Assembly (NCBI GenBank): GCA_964601935.1
Contig: CAZROP010000001.1
Location: forward strand, 185,867-249,866
Reading direction: 5' to 3'
Length of the DNA: 64,000 nt
From: an uncultured Candidatus Saccharibacteria bacterium
Lineage (GTDB): Bacteria > Patescibacteriota > Minisyncoccia > Phycocordibacterales > UBA1006
The position numbers and the translations under genes were made by a program. The notes under the pieces are model-generated. The model searched no databases. It worked only from the letters and a program-made list of their open reading frames with translations, and was not told the DNA's origin. Shown here piece by piece: positions 37,071-46,443 of this stretch; within the stretch, counting starts at the first letter, position 1, and each line of letters opens with the position of its first letter.

Positions 37071-37253
37071 ATGTAACAATCATATCAGTCATTACTAAGT
37101 TTTCATTATGAATAATTGGGTAAACTGTGGAGATCTAGTATGGGTATACGCACCAATTTAGTATGTGTGACATAGTGAGTACACTAGCTCTGGAAAATAC
37201 AAAGACCACTGTCGATTGACAGTGGTCTCGGTAAATACTAGTTATGTAACACA

Positions 37254-37760
37254 CTATGGACATTTCACAGTAGCTGGCGTCCCAGCTGCCGCGGCAATAG
37301 ATACTGTATAAGCTGTGGTCAGTGTAATCTGCTCATTAGACCCCGATGAATCAGCGCACCATGCTGTTAACCCTGCTGTTCCTCGTAGTGGTACCGCTGC
37401 AACCCAAGAAATCCCATTACTAACACATACACCCAGTGTTGTTGGTGCGCCAGTATTAGTTGCAGTACCGCTTGTATTGGCGGTTACTGTCGCGTCAGAT
37501 CTGTGTACCTTTGCTGCCGCTAATACCCCTTCATATGTCTTACTTGTAGTAGCACATACAGTTTGATAACCTGTTGTTGTTTCATCGTAAATAACTTCTG
37601 CCGAAGCTCTCACATTAGATATATTACCCTTGATCGCAGCATCAGCACCTTTCACACGCGCACTGTTTACTGAACCAATCACTACTGTTGCAAGAACACC
37701 AATGATGGCAATAACCACGAGAAGCTCTATCAGAGTAAAACCTCGTAATTTTATACTCAT
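37254..37760 (-). CDS. type IV pilin / pseudopilin-like protein (paralog 2)
   Basis: 168 aa. The first 76 residues are identical to paralog 1. Confidence 0.9.
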   Translation of the reverse strand: MSIKLRGFTLIELLVVIAIIGVLATVVIGSVNSARVKGADAAIKGNISNVRASAEVIYDETTTGYQTVCATTSKTYEGVLAAAKVHRSDATVTANTSGTATNTGAPTTLGVCVSNGISWVAAVPLRGTAGLTAWCADSSGSNEQITLTTAYTVSIAAAAGTPATVKCP

Positions 37761-37817
37761 AGTATATTAAATTGTTAAGTTGATAATATGATAGAGAATT
37801 TACGTATTATTCTCTAT
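37531..37817. repeat. 287-bp perfect direct repeat (copy B)
   Basis: It is identical to 36783-37069. Confidence 0.9.
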
Positions 37818-37933
37818 ATAGCTGTATAATAACAGACTTAATAACTGTTTATATTTAATTTTCTCGAACCCTGTGGAGATCTAGAACAATATAAAAACTA
37901 CTATCTGTCGATAGTAGTTTTTATTATTCATAC

Positions 37934-38431
37934 TTATGGACATTTCACGGTAGGAGGCGTCCCAGCTGCGGCGGCGATGGTTACACTACCAACAACGGCA
38001 GGTACTGATTTGTTAGACCCCGATGAATCAGCGCACCATGCAGTCGAATAGTTTGCTCCTTTGAGAGGAGAAACAGCAGCCCATGATACTCCATTACTAA
38101 CGCAAACAGCTAATATCCCTGATGCCGTATTTGCTGCTGCACCAGTTGTGTTGGATGCTACGGTTATAGTAGATCCGTGTACTTTCGCTGCGGCGAGAAC
38201 ACCTTCGTATCCTTTGCTGGTAGTAGCACATACACTCGTGTAATTACCTGTTTCATCATAAATAGTTTCTGCTGTAGTGCGTACATTCGATATATTCCCC
38301 TTGATAGCTGCGTCTGCTGCTTTTACTCTTGCACTGTTTACTGAACCAATCACTACTGTTGCAAGAACACCAATGATGGCAATAACCACGAGAAGCTCTA
38401 TCAGAGTAAAACCTCGTAATTTTATAATCAT
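37934..38431 (-). CDS. type IV pilin / pseudopilin-like protein (paralog 3)
   Basis: 165 aa with MIIKLRG|FTLIELLVVIAIIGVLATVVIGSVNSARVK. Confidence 0.9.
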   Translation of the reverse strand: MIIKLRGFTLIELLVVIAIIGVLATVVIGSVNSARVKAADAAIKGNISNVRTTAETIYDETGNYTSVCATTSKGYEGVLAAAKVHGSTITVASNTTGAAANTASGILAVCVSNGVSWAAVSPLKGANYSTAWCADSSGSNKSVPAVVGSVTIAAAAGTPPTVKCP

Positions 38432-38640
38432 ACGTTTCTAATATTACCATTGTTAAGTTTATAAAATCTGATAGAGAATTTACGTATTATTCTCTATATA
38501 TCTATGGTATCAGAATAATTCTGTGAAAGGCTGGATAGTATCTGTTAATTGTGGAGAATGTGAAATCTAGTTGTGAGTAGATTTATTGATACCTTACAAG
38601 AATTAATCTATTTTAGATTCTTGATTTGCTGATTAACTAT

Positions 38641-38676
38641 AACAAACCCCTGAACAGTTGTTCAGGGGTTTGTTTG
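38641..38676 (-). terminator. hairpin terminator after rpsO
   Basis: aacaaacccctgaaca / gt / tgttcaggggtttgtt forms a 16-bp stem. Confidence 0.75.
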
Positions 38677-38688
38677 GAAGAGGTAGTA

Positions 38689-38973
38689 CTATTTTCGCAG
38701 TTCCAGTTTTTCGATCAGAGCAGTGTAGGCTGCGACATCATGCTTTTTTATGTAGTTTAGCATACGGCGGCGAGTTGAAACGAGTTTCACTAATCCCATT
38801 CTACTCGACAGATCTTTCTTGTGGATCTTGAGGTGCTCGGTGAGCTCCTTTATGCGAGCAGTCAGGAGAGCAACCTGTACGGGAGCAGATCCTGTATCGT
38901 TCGTCGATTTCTGATGAGGCTTGATAATTCTGGTTTTTGTTTTTGAAGTCATCATAGATGGTTCGCGAGACAA
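38689..38973 (-). CDS. rpsO: 30S ribosomal protein S15
   Basis: [50 protein letters not shown]. Confidence 0.95.
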   Translation of the reverse strand: MSREPSMMTSKTKTRIIKPHQKSTNDTGSAPVQVALLTARIKELTEHLKIHKKDLSSRMGLVKLVSTRRRMLNYIKKHDVAAYTALIEKLELRK

Positions 38974-39011
38974 CTAGTTGTGTAACCGATTGTTCGTATT
39001 AGTTTGTAACA

Positions 39012-39992
39012 ATGCTATACTATAGCCATATTATAGTTATGTCAAGTCATGCTGCTTTGCGCCAATTCTTGGAACATTTAGAAATCGAACGTGGTCGATC
39101 CTCGCTCACTCTGCGTAACTATGAACATTATTTGACCACACTGTTCAATGTGATGAAGATCGAGTCTGTGGCTCAGATCGATGCAGATGTTATTCGCGAG
39201 TTTCGGTTGTGGTTGAATCGTCAGCCAGGCGCACGAGCACGAGGTCAGACAGATTCTCTGATGAAACGACGCACTCAAAATTACTACCTCATCGCTCTGC
39301 GATCATTCCTACGGTATGCGATGAAACGGGGTTGGACGCAGTTTGCTCCTGACAATATCGAACTCGCCCGTGTCGGTGATCGTCACATTGATATGATATC
39401 TGCTGATGAGCTTTCCAGAATAATGTCATCATTTGATACGACTACTCGTTCAGGTGTTCGGGACCGAGCTATACTCGAACTCCTCTACTCGACCGGATTG
39501 CGTGTATCAGAATTGGTGTCACTAAACTGTGACCTGGATCTATCCCGCGATGAACTGTCGATTCGCGGTAAGGGTGACAAGGTGCGACTCGTATTCGTTT
39601 CACCAGATGCTCGCATATGGTTGAAAAAATACCTCGGACTTCGTGCCGATGCACAGGATGCTCTGTTCGTCGATGAGCGTGCCAGCGCCGCAGAGTCATC
39701 GGATCGCGAGGCACGCCTAACGCCTCGATCTGTGGAACGTATTGTCGCCGCCGCCGCGGTACGTGCTGGTATCGGAAAGAAGGTGACCCCACATATCATT
39801 CGTCATTCGTTCGCGACAGGTCTATTGGAAAATGGCGCGGACATTCGTTCGGTGCAGACACTGCTCGGTCATGCGCATATCGGGACAACGCAGATCTACA
39901 CGCATGTCACTGACAAACATCTAAAAGATGTATTCAAAAAATTTCACAAACCGACAGATACCTCGGTTACAGAAAAAACCTCTGACACGTAG
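39012..39992 (+). CDS. xerC: tyrosine site-specific recombinase, XerC/XerD family
   Basis: It has an SSLTLRNYEHYL core-binding domain and catalytic motifs LLYSTGLRVSEL, HIIRHSFAT and LLGHAHIGTTQIYTHV. The start may be 39039 (MSSHAAL). Confidence 0.9.
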   Translation: MLYYSHIIVMSSHAALRQFLEHLEIERGRSSLTLRNYEHYLTTLFNVMKIESVAQIDADVIREFRLWLNRQPGARARGQTDSLMKRRTQNYYLIALRSFLRYAMKRGWTQFAPDNIELARVGDRHIDMISADELSRIMSSFDTTTRSGVRDRAILELLYSTGLRVSELVSLNCDLDLSRDELSIRGKGDKVRLVFVSPDARIWLKKYLGLRADAQDALFVDERASAAESSDREARLTPRSVERIVAAAAVRAGIGKKVTPHIIRHSFATGLLENGADIRSVQTLLGHAHIGTTQIYTHVTDKHLKDVFKKFHKPTDTSVTEKTSDT

Positions 39993-40300
39993 TCGGAGGT
40001 TTTTTGTTTCATTATCCCTTCTCTTTCCGTCATTCTGAGTTTATCTTAGAATCCACAAACTCTCACTCCCAGATTAAACTTATGTAATACTGCAACCTCT
40101 CTGGACCCTGAAATGAATTTATCATGCCCTATGGGTACAGGGTGACAGAGAGTGTAGTGATGAGCTATTCCAGTACACGTGTGTAACCCAATAAAACAAG
40201 CGTTACACTCGCCTATATAATCAGTGCAAATAAATAAGCCAACTACCCGAGGAGTAGTTGGCCGTAATAGTTATACTGGTTTTTCATTAGATTCTATTCC

Positions 40301-41716
40301 TTAGCTGGTCTTCAGTCGTTGTGAGAGACCTAGAACAATCGCAAGTATTCCTGTTAGCAGAGCGACAGTAGTTGGTTGCCAGTCATAGTGTTTTATCGCT
40401 AACATAATACTGAGCGATATCAGGAGTCCTGCCAGTGCAACCCTTGTTTCATAAATCGACAACATGGTCGTTCCATATTGTCGGCGTAGCTTGTTCGGTA
40501 TGCTGCCGGCTATAGATCCTGCATGCACTCGTCCAAATATGCCTGCAGTAGTAAAGATGCTCAGTATTATTCCGGCAACTAAAAGCCCATCTATAAATTT
40601 TGTGCAGATCATAAGAACTCCGATCAGTACGATTGATGACTTCAGTACAAGAAACTCCATTCTTGTTTGTCCTTCATCGTTGCGACGTTTGTAGTTGTTC
40701 GTTTTTTCAAACATAACAACAAACATGCCGCCAATAACACTGAATAGAATTGTCGCTGCTGTCACAACCCAAATGGGTATATGATGGATCAACGCGATTG
40801 GTTCTGTTATGGGTACCCAGATCAATTTCACTACCTGGGCAATTGTTGCGAATGATAAACCAATGAGAACAAATGATCTCACTGATTTTTCTTTGCGTAA
40901 TGTTACCCAGCTTGCAACTAGTATTTCCTTCCAGGGAAGCTTACTCTGCACCTGGATGGGTATCGTCTGATGATACATATGCCACCACACGTATCCAACG
41001 AGTAGAGCACAAATCCCTGCTCCGACTAGCCATACCCCAGCAGGATTCCAGCTAGTTGCTAGGAATCCTCCGGCAGTCCCAGTTGCAAACATAAATACCG
41101 ATATGAAACCAAATACTTCTTTTGCTGATTTGCGACAAAAGTTATTTGATTCCAACTCTATAAGGGCTGTATCGATTCCTTCTTTGTTCCGGTTCTGAAG
41201 CTTCGCCTTGAGGTGGTAGGTGTTTTCGATAATATTGCGGTACCATACACCGAGTACGCCAGACACGCACGCGCCTGCGATACCGAATGTGATTTCAGCC
41301 AATACTGATGTAGTCCATGTACCTATTCCATACAATAAGTATGAGAATAGGAACATCGTCGTTCCGAACAAATATACTTTCCTTCGCCCAAGTCTACTAT
41401 CCGCCAAAATTCCAAAAGGAATGTTTAATAGAAAATAGGTAGCGTGGTAGATTGCCTGTAGCGTTGCTGCACCCTGAAATCCAAATGTCTGCTGTACGAA
41501 TACTGCATACATACCGGCTTTCAGTCCGACCGCAATCGCTAGTATTATTTGCGAGTTCCGGAAAAATACCGATACTCGTCGTCTATGACCTTTGAGGTCT
41601 TTCTGTAGTCGCTGGATTTCCAGCTCGCTCAAATCTTCGCCCTCAACAAAATCAAATTCCTCTGTTTTCTTAAAGGTGAAGATTTTGCTGTACTCATGCA
41701 AGAGATACTTCTTCAC
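40301..41716 (-). CDS. MFS-like polytopic membrane transporter with an N-terminal cytoplasmic extension
   Basis: 471 aa with ~12 TM spans and the motif LADSRLGRRKVYL. Confidence 0.6.
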   Translation of the reverse strand: MKKYLLHEYSKIFTFKKTEEFDFVEGEDLSELEIQRLQKDLKGHRRRVSVFFRNSQIILAIAVGLKAGMYAVFVQQTFGFQGAATLQAIYHATYFLLNIPFGILADSRLGRRKVYLFGTTMFLFSYLLYGIGTWTTSVLAEITFGIAGACVSGVLGVWYRNIIENTYHLKAKLQNRNKEGIDTALIELESNNFCRKSAKEVFGFISVFMFATGTAGGFLATSWNPAGVWLVGAGICALLVGYVWWHMYHQTIPIQVQSKLPWKEILVASWVTLRKEKSVRSFVLIGLSFATIAQVVKLIWVPITEPIALIHHIPIWVVTAATILFSVIGGMFVVMFEKTNNYKRRNDEGQTRMEFLVLKSSIVLIGVLMICTKFIDGLLVAGIILSIFTTAGIFGRVHAGSIAGSIPNKLRRQYGTTMLSIYETRVALAGLLISLSIMLAIKHYDWQPTTVALLTGILAIVLGLSQRLKTS

Positions 41717-41839
41717 GTGACGTTAGTGCTTTATGTGTGAATCAAATTTGTTTAGATATGAGTTTCACCATACCTTATTTATAGATTATGTCAAATTATT
41801 GAACCAGGATATATGGCTATCATGCTATACTGCATCCAT

Positions 41840-42742
41840 ATGAAATTTGTATCATGGAATGTGAACGGTCTGCGTGCCGTGACGAAAAAAGGATTCTTCC
41901 CCACCTACGTCGCGAGTGGAGAATATGATGTGATATTTCTAATGGAGACAAAATCAGAAATCGGTCAGCTATCTGATGAGGTAATATCGATTTCGGGATA
42001 CTCGTTCATGTTGCAGCCGAGTACCTACAAAAAAGGATACGCAGGTGTCGGCATGTATGTCCGCGATGGATTGTCGGCTGTGATCGAGACCGGATTTTCT
42101 CATGACTGTGCATTGCATGACGAGGAGCGCATTATGACTGTATCACTCGTACATCCTATTCACGGACGGATTGCGATCACAGGAGCATACTTCCCGAACG
42201 GTGCGCGCGGCAGTGTAAAGAGGGGTGGAGATGTAGAGACTAATAATCGAGTTTCTGATGAGTCAAACCCCCTCCCGACCTCCCCCTTTTCTAGTGGGAG
42301 GAGCTTGAAAACAGCTGCAGACTTCGGATCGAACCTGGAATACAAGCTGGCATTTTTTACCGAGTTTCAGAATCACATGGAGCACCTGGAGAAATCCCAT
42401 GATCATGTACTAGTTTGTGGTGACATCAATATTGCACACCACCCTATTGATCTGGCACGACCCGAGTCGAACAAAAATTCTGTAGGATTCTTGCCGGTCG
42501 AGCGTGCGCGACTAGATGCATGGCATAGCGATGGGTGGAGAGATATATGGCGAGAACTGCATAGCGATGAAGTGGTATACAGTTGGTGGGATGTTATCAG
42601 TGGTGCGCGTGCACGCAATGTTGGATGGCGTATTGATGCATGGTGGATGCGGCAGTCATCACTACCGATCATCGACGAGATCAGATACGATACAGAACAA
42701 ATGGGTTCGGATCATTGTCCTGTGGTGGTAATTCTGAAATAA
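41840..42742 (+). CDS. xth: exodeoxyribonuclease III (Xth/ExoA family) carrying a ~40-codon internal insertion
   Basis: It has an MKFVSWNVNGLRA start, LMETK, GDINIAH and GSDHCPVVV. The insertion lies between FPNG and LEYKL (nt 42212-42331). Confidence 0.9.
   Translation: MKFVSWNVNGLRAVTKKGFFPTYVASGEYDVIFLMETKSEIGQLSDEVISISGYSFMLQPSTYKKGYAGVGMYVRDGLSAVIETGFSHDCALHDEERIMTVSLVHPIHGRIAITGAYFPNGARGSVKRGGDVETNNRVSDESNPLPTSPFSSGRSLKTAADFGSNLEYKLAFFTEFQNHMEHLEKSHDHVLVCGDINIAHHPIDLARPESNKNSVGFLPVERARLDAWHSDGWRDIWRELHSDEVVYSWWDVISGARARNVGWRIDAWWMRQSSLPIIDEIRYDTEQMGSDHCPVVVILK
42264..42303 (+). repeat. solo copy of the DUF559-cassette terminal repeat inside the xth coding sequence
   Basis: caaaccccctcccgacctcccccttttctagtgggaggag matches caaaccccacctcaatcctcccctttgctaggggaggaa (57236-57275) at roughly three quarters of positions by eye. 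Confidence 0.6.
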
Positions 42743-42762
42743 CGGAGATTCATTTCAGCAGA

Positions 42763-42799
42763 AAAACCACCCGCACTGCGTAGCAATGCGGGTGGTTTT
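42763..42799 (+). terminator. intrinsic terminator after xth
   Basis: aaaaccacccgca / 11-nt loop / tgcgggtggtttt followed by gtttt. Confidence 0.75.
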
Positions 42800-42901
42800 G
42801 TTTTAGCCATTAAAGTCTTCATTATCTAACCCAAAATGAAATCCGCCAGCATCAGAATGATGTGGCGGATCCGAACGGACTAGTATGAAAAAAATCTTTC
42901 G

Positions 42902-43120
42902 TTAGTTCGATTCCGGAAGATCTGGAATCTTTTTGTTTTTGAAGCCATCAATCTTTTCTAGGGAATCTTGTCTCTGATCCAGCTCTTTTTGGTGAAGAGC
43001 TTTTTCGATGGCGTTCTTCTCCTCCGTTGTCTTTTTGATCTGCTGGTCATAATAAGGGTCGCAGCTTCCGAGGACTAAGATACAAACTGCCAGAAATACA
43101 ACAGTAGTAAGTTACTTCAT
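42902..43120 (-). pseudogene. small lipoprotein gene interrupted by an in-frame TAA at codon 3
   Basis: The minus-strand frame reads atg aag TAA ctt act... = MK*LTTVVFLAVCILVLGSCDPYYDQQ...PESN*. 69 codons remain open after the stop, and there is a lipobox-like LGSC. Confidence 0.55.
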
Positions 43121-43286
43121 GATGTTTATGTTTTGTATTAAACTAGCATTCATCTGAGTATTTGTCAAATACTATAGTTGCTGTATATGTTCGTGGGTCC
43201 TAGGGTCTATCACAAGAAAAAATCCGTGAACAGTCAAATTGACTGTTCACGGACTTTCAAGGATTTACTGTATCAGGCTTGCTTAA

Positions 43287-44021
43287 TCAGAAAGGATACT
43301 CTTGCAAGAGGCTATCCGGGTTACTCACTAATAAGGCCGTTTGCTCTGCCGACAACTGTGTCAGAGTATACCAGGCTACTTTTTCCTGCCAGGTGCTTCC
43401 TTTCGCCTTATCCTGTATTGCAAACTTTATGCGGTAGTAGTTATCGGCTTCTGGTTGTGTGTCCGAGTCGCCGAGTGCTGCAATCAGAAATTCATCAAGA
43501 GTAGAAAAATATTCCATGCTTTGAGTTGATATAACCCAGGTGAAAGATTCACATGGGTTTTTTGTCAACCCATTGAGTGGTGTAAAGTGCGGCATATAGA
43601 GCGCCTCTTCACTGGTCTGTAATAAGTACCAGGTGTTGTAGTATAAGTAATTCTCGAAAGAATCCACGTACACCCTACCTGTTAATGCGATTTCTGTAAA
43701 AGGTACTTCAGGTGTTTCAACATCGTTCCAGTCCTTAACATATAACGGTGTCGTTGGTGTACCTATATACACGGGTACATTACTGTATCGTACATAGTAT
43801 ACCGCCCCTGTATCTTCTATCGTTGTATTCAGCGAGTCTCGTAATGAGAGCGCAACGCTATCCATCATTTCTGCAAAGCCTTTGACTGTTGATGATTGAT
43901 ATTGATAGTCGGTGGGTTTTGCGATACTTCCTAATCCAAGAAAGATGAAAAATAGAAGTAAACAAATACCCGAGAACTGTACAAACCCGGATGGGTCTGC
44001 GATGTTAAAGAGCTTACTCAT
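43287..44021 (-). CDS. membrane-anchored hypothetical protein
   Basis: 244-aa ORF with an N-terminal TM (GICLLLFFIFLGLGSI). Confidence 0.5.
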   Translation of the reverse strand: MSKLFNIADPSGFVQFSGICLLLFFIFLGLGSIAKPTDYQYQSSTVKGFAEMMDSVALSLRDSLNTTIEDTGAVYYVRYSNVPVYIGTPTTPLYVKDWNDVETPEVPFTEIALTGRVYVDSFENYLYYNTWYLLQTSEEALYMPHFTPLNGLTKNPCESFTWVISTQSMEYFSTLDEFLIAALGDSDTQPEADNYYRIKFAIQDKAKGSTWQEKVAWYTLTQLSAEQTALLVSNPDSLLQEYPF

Positions 44022-44170
44022 TGTTTTTCGATTTTTATATATGAATGATTATATACTACTCTCCATATAAAAATGTTGTTGTCAATTGTGTATTCCTACC
44101 CGAAAGCTCGTATATTGACTATTCCCTACTATCATAGTAGTGTTTGCGCAAACAAATAAAATATTTTGCC

Positions 44171-44680
44171 ATGAAGAAGAATATCTTGTATACCGTTGCG
44201 ATGGTGCTCGGGTTGAGTACATTCACAGTGCCGCTGGCGGCACAAACTGAAATGATTTCCGTTAATGGATTGGAGCCCACTCCATCCTATGTAGCCGCGG
44301 GCTACATGATGCAGGGTGTTGGTAACCCGCTGGTTCCCCGGATTTACCACACAACCCAGGGAGATACTGAATTTATCGCCAATATTCGCTGGAACTCTGA
44401 GGCTCAAGAGTGGAGCCTTGTACTGTATCAAAGCTGCCTCGGGAACCTGCGCCTGGACAAGGGTGAAAGCCCAGCAGATGGGTGCTGGTCTATCCCGTTG
44501 GCGGCGTTCTACATGTCGCAGCGAGCGGATGGCGGGCTGCATTATGCCGCTCAATCGGGAGCGGTACCCTGGAACTCCGTAGAGATAACCGCGCTAGTTC
44601 TCCAGTTCTGGATCGAGCTTTCCCAGTACCAGTGGAACGGTAGCCCATCAGTTATACACGCACCATTCGCGGGTGGTTAG
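44171..44680 (+). CDS. secreted hypothetical protein
   Basis: It has the signal MKKNILYTVAMVLGLSTFTVPLAA-Q. The ORF is open from 44144. Confidence 0.5.
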   Translation: MKKNILYTVAMVLGLSTFTVPLAAQTEMISVNGLEPTPSYVAAGYMMQGVGNPLVPRIYHTTQGDTEFIANIRWNSEAQEWSLVLYQSCLGNLRLDKGESPADGCWSIPLAAFYMSQRADGGLHYAAQSGAVPWNSVEITALVLQFWIELSQYQWNGSPSVIHAPFAGG

Positions 44681-44868
44681 CGGGTAGATGCAATTATGGG
44701 TTATCTCTAAAACCTTTGTTGAAGTATTGGTTATTGTACGATATGTACACAAACCAGGAATCAACAAGGGTTTTTTGATTTGTCAGGGTAGATAGGGAAA
44801 TTAAGTACATATACTTGACCTAATAGACATTATATGTTAATATAGATTCAAACAAAAAAACTAAATCA

Positions 44869-45312
44869 ATGAAGAAAGTAAATTTTGTTCTTGCGATCGT
44901 TGCATTTGTAACTCTGGCTAATCCACTTGCTGGGCAAATGGACCAGTATAATTTTTTAACCACTGCTGCGTTGGCCACGGTTACTTTGGCTGATACTGCA
45001 GAAACAGGAATGAATATTGTGAAAGTATGGCCCTACAACAACCCGTTTCAGGTTGAGAAAACCACTATCCGTCATGAGATGGGGACAGAAGTTTGGTACG
45101 AAGTCCAATGTTACTTCTGGCTGTTCTACCGCGGAAAAGTTCGCGTGGAGTGGAACGTCAGTGTAGCAATCCTACCTTGGAATGCTAACAGCGACGGAGG
45201 CAGGTTATTCAGTACCAATCTGGATGCCGGAGTTGGGAGAAAACTCACTAATAAAGAGAAGAAGCTAATCTCGCAAGGTATCCTGTATCTCCTTATCGAA
45301 AGCAAGATGTAA
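44869..45312 (+). CDS. secreted hypothetical protein
   Basis: 147 aa with the signal MKKVNFVLAIVAFVTLANPLAG-Q. Confidence 0.5.
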   Translation: MKKVNFVLAIVAFVTLANPLAGQMDQYNFLTTAALATVTLADTAETGMNIVKVWPYNNPFQVEKTTIRHEMGTEVWYEVQCYFWLFYRGKVRVEWNVSVAILPWNANSDGGRLFSTNLDAGVGRKLTNKEKKLISQGILYLLIESKM

Positions 45313-45468
45313 TGGTCCTGTAATTTTGATAAACTGTTAATCCTATACACCGCATGTATGCGTGTCACTGGGATTAACAGTTTTCATTTTGTTGGGACTT
45401 CCCTGTTTGATATGTTCTGTCTTCTGTATGTAGTATAAAACCCCTGATTAATCAGGGGTTGTTCGTTA

Positions 45469-45918
45469 TTATTGTTGAAAGGTTTGGATATTCTTGCCTA
45501 TGCTTGCCTGATCCTCGTTGTGTAACTGTATTGTCTGGACGAGCTGTTCCAGGGCATCAATACGTTCAATAAAACCAGGAATAACCTCACGGACTTCGGA
45601 CAGGTGTCCTAACCTGTCTGCCTCGCTGAGAGCATCCAGGTCCACTGATAACTGAACCAGTATATTCTGCCAGTCTTGCAGTGATCCATTGAGTTGTTGT
45701 GCTCTGCGTTCATAGTTTCCTGGATGAGAGAAGAAATCCAGTACCAGACCCATGCGCTGAGACATGTTCTGTTCATAGTTTGCTGACTTATACGTGGCAG
45801 ACTCGTCCAGTCGTTGGAGGATGTTCGCCATACGCTGTCGGCATTTTGTTACAGATTCTGCAAATTGTGCCATTGCTTGGTCAAATAAAGATATCTCGCT
45901 CGGTTGTGATTCGGTCAT
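45469..45918 (-). CDS. hypothetical helical protein
   Basis: 149-aa ORF flanked by terminator hairpins (45438-45460). Confidence 0.45.
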   Translation of the reverse strand: MTESQPSEISLFDQAMAQFAESVTKCRQRMANILQRLDESATYKSANYEQNMSQRMGLVLDFFSHPGNYERRAQQLNGSLQDWQNILVQLSVDLDALSEADRLGHLSEVREVIPGFIERIDALEQLVQTIQLHNEDQASIGKNIQTFQQ

Positions 45919-46047
45919 ATACCAGTATTGTTACATGATGATTATACAGGTGCAAGCAGTCTGGATTGTGGGTGATTATTCGGCCGATCTGGTCCAAAAC
46001 AAAACCACCCCTTGCGGAGTGGTCTGTTTGATTTCATCGATAAATGG

Positions 46048-46443
46048 TTAGTAACCACCACCGAATCCACCACTGTTCTGGTCGTTACCATAGTCACGGC
46101 GAGGAGCACGCTGGCCACCACCGAATCCACCACGGTCACCTCCACCAAAGCCTCCTGAACGTCCACCTCCACCGTTAAAATCACGGCGCTGTGGGCGATC
46201 GGTCATAGGACGAGCCTCGTTGACCATAATATTGCGTCCCATGAATTCTGTATTATTCAAGGCAGCTATTGCAGCGTTTGCTTCTGCATCAGGCATTTCC
46301 ACGAATGCGATACCGCGTGAACGGGTTGGATTATCGCGCTCCATGATGATGGTTGCTGTTTCTACAGTACCGAATGCGCTGAATAATTCGCGAAGATCTT
46401 CTTCACGAGACTGCCAAGAAAGGTTGCCTACGTATATTTTCAT
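46048..46443 (-). CDS. RRM-type RNA-binding protein with a Gly/Arg-rich tail
   Basis: RNP2 MKIYVGNL, RNP1 RGIAFVEM and a C-terminal GGGGRSGGFGGGDRGGFGGG. Confidence 0.92.
   Translation of the reverse strand: MKIYVGNLSWQSREEDLRELFSAFGTVETATIIMERDNPTRSRGIAFVEMPDAEANAAIAALNNTEFMGRNIMVNEARPMTDRPQRRDFNGGGGRSGGFGGGDRGGFGGGQRAPRRDYGNDQNSGGFGGGY

Noticed and set aside
36512-38431. The tandem pilin region as a CRISPR-like array, or as a DGR target/template pair.
   Set aside because: The repeats are 287 bp of coding sequence plus upstream sequence, not short spacer-separated repeats. Differences between paralogs are not adenine-specific. No reverse transcriptase gene is present in the window.
42902-43120. 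Stop-codon reassignment (TAA read as sense) or an alternative genetic code.
   Set aside because: Every other long gene in the window terminates sensibly under the standard code, and very long ORFs carry no internal TGA, TAA or TAG. A single nonsense change or sequencing error is more parsimonious.
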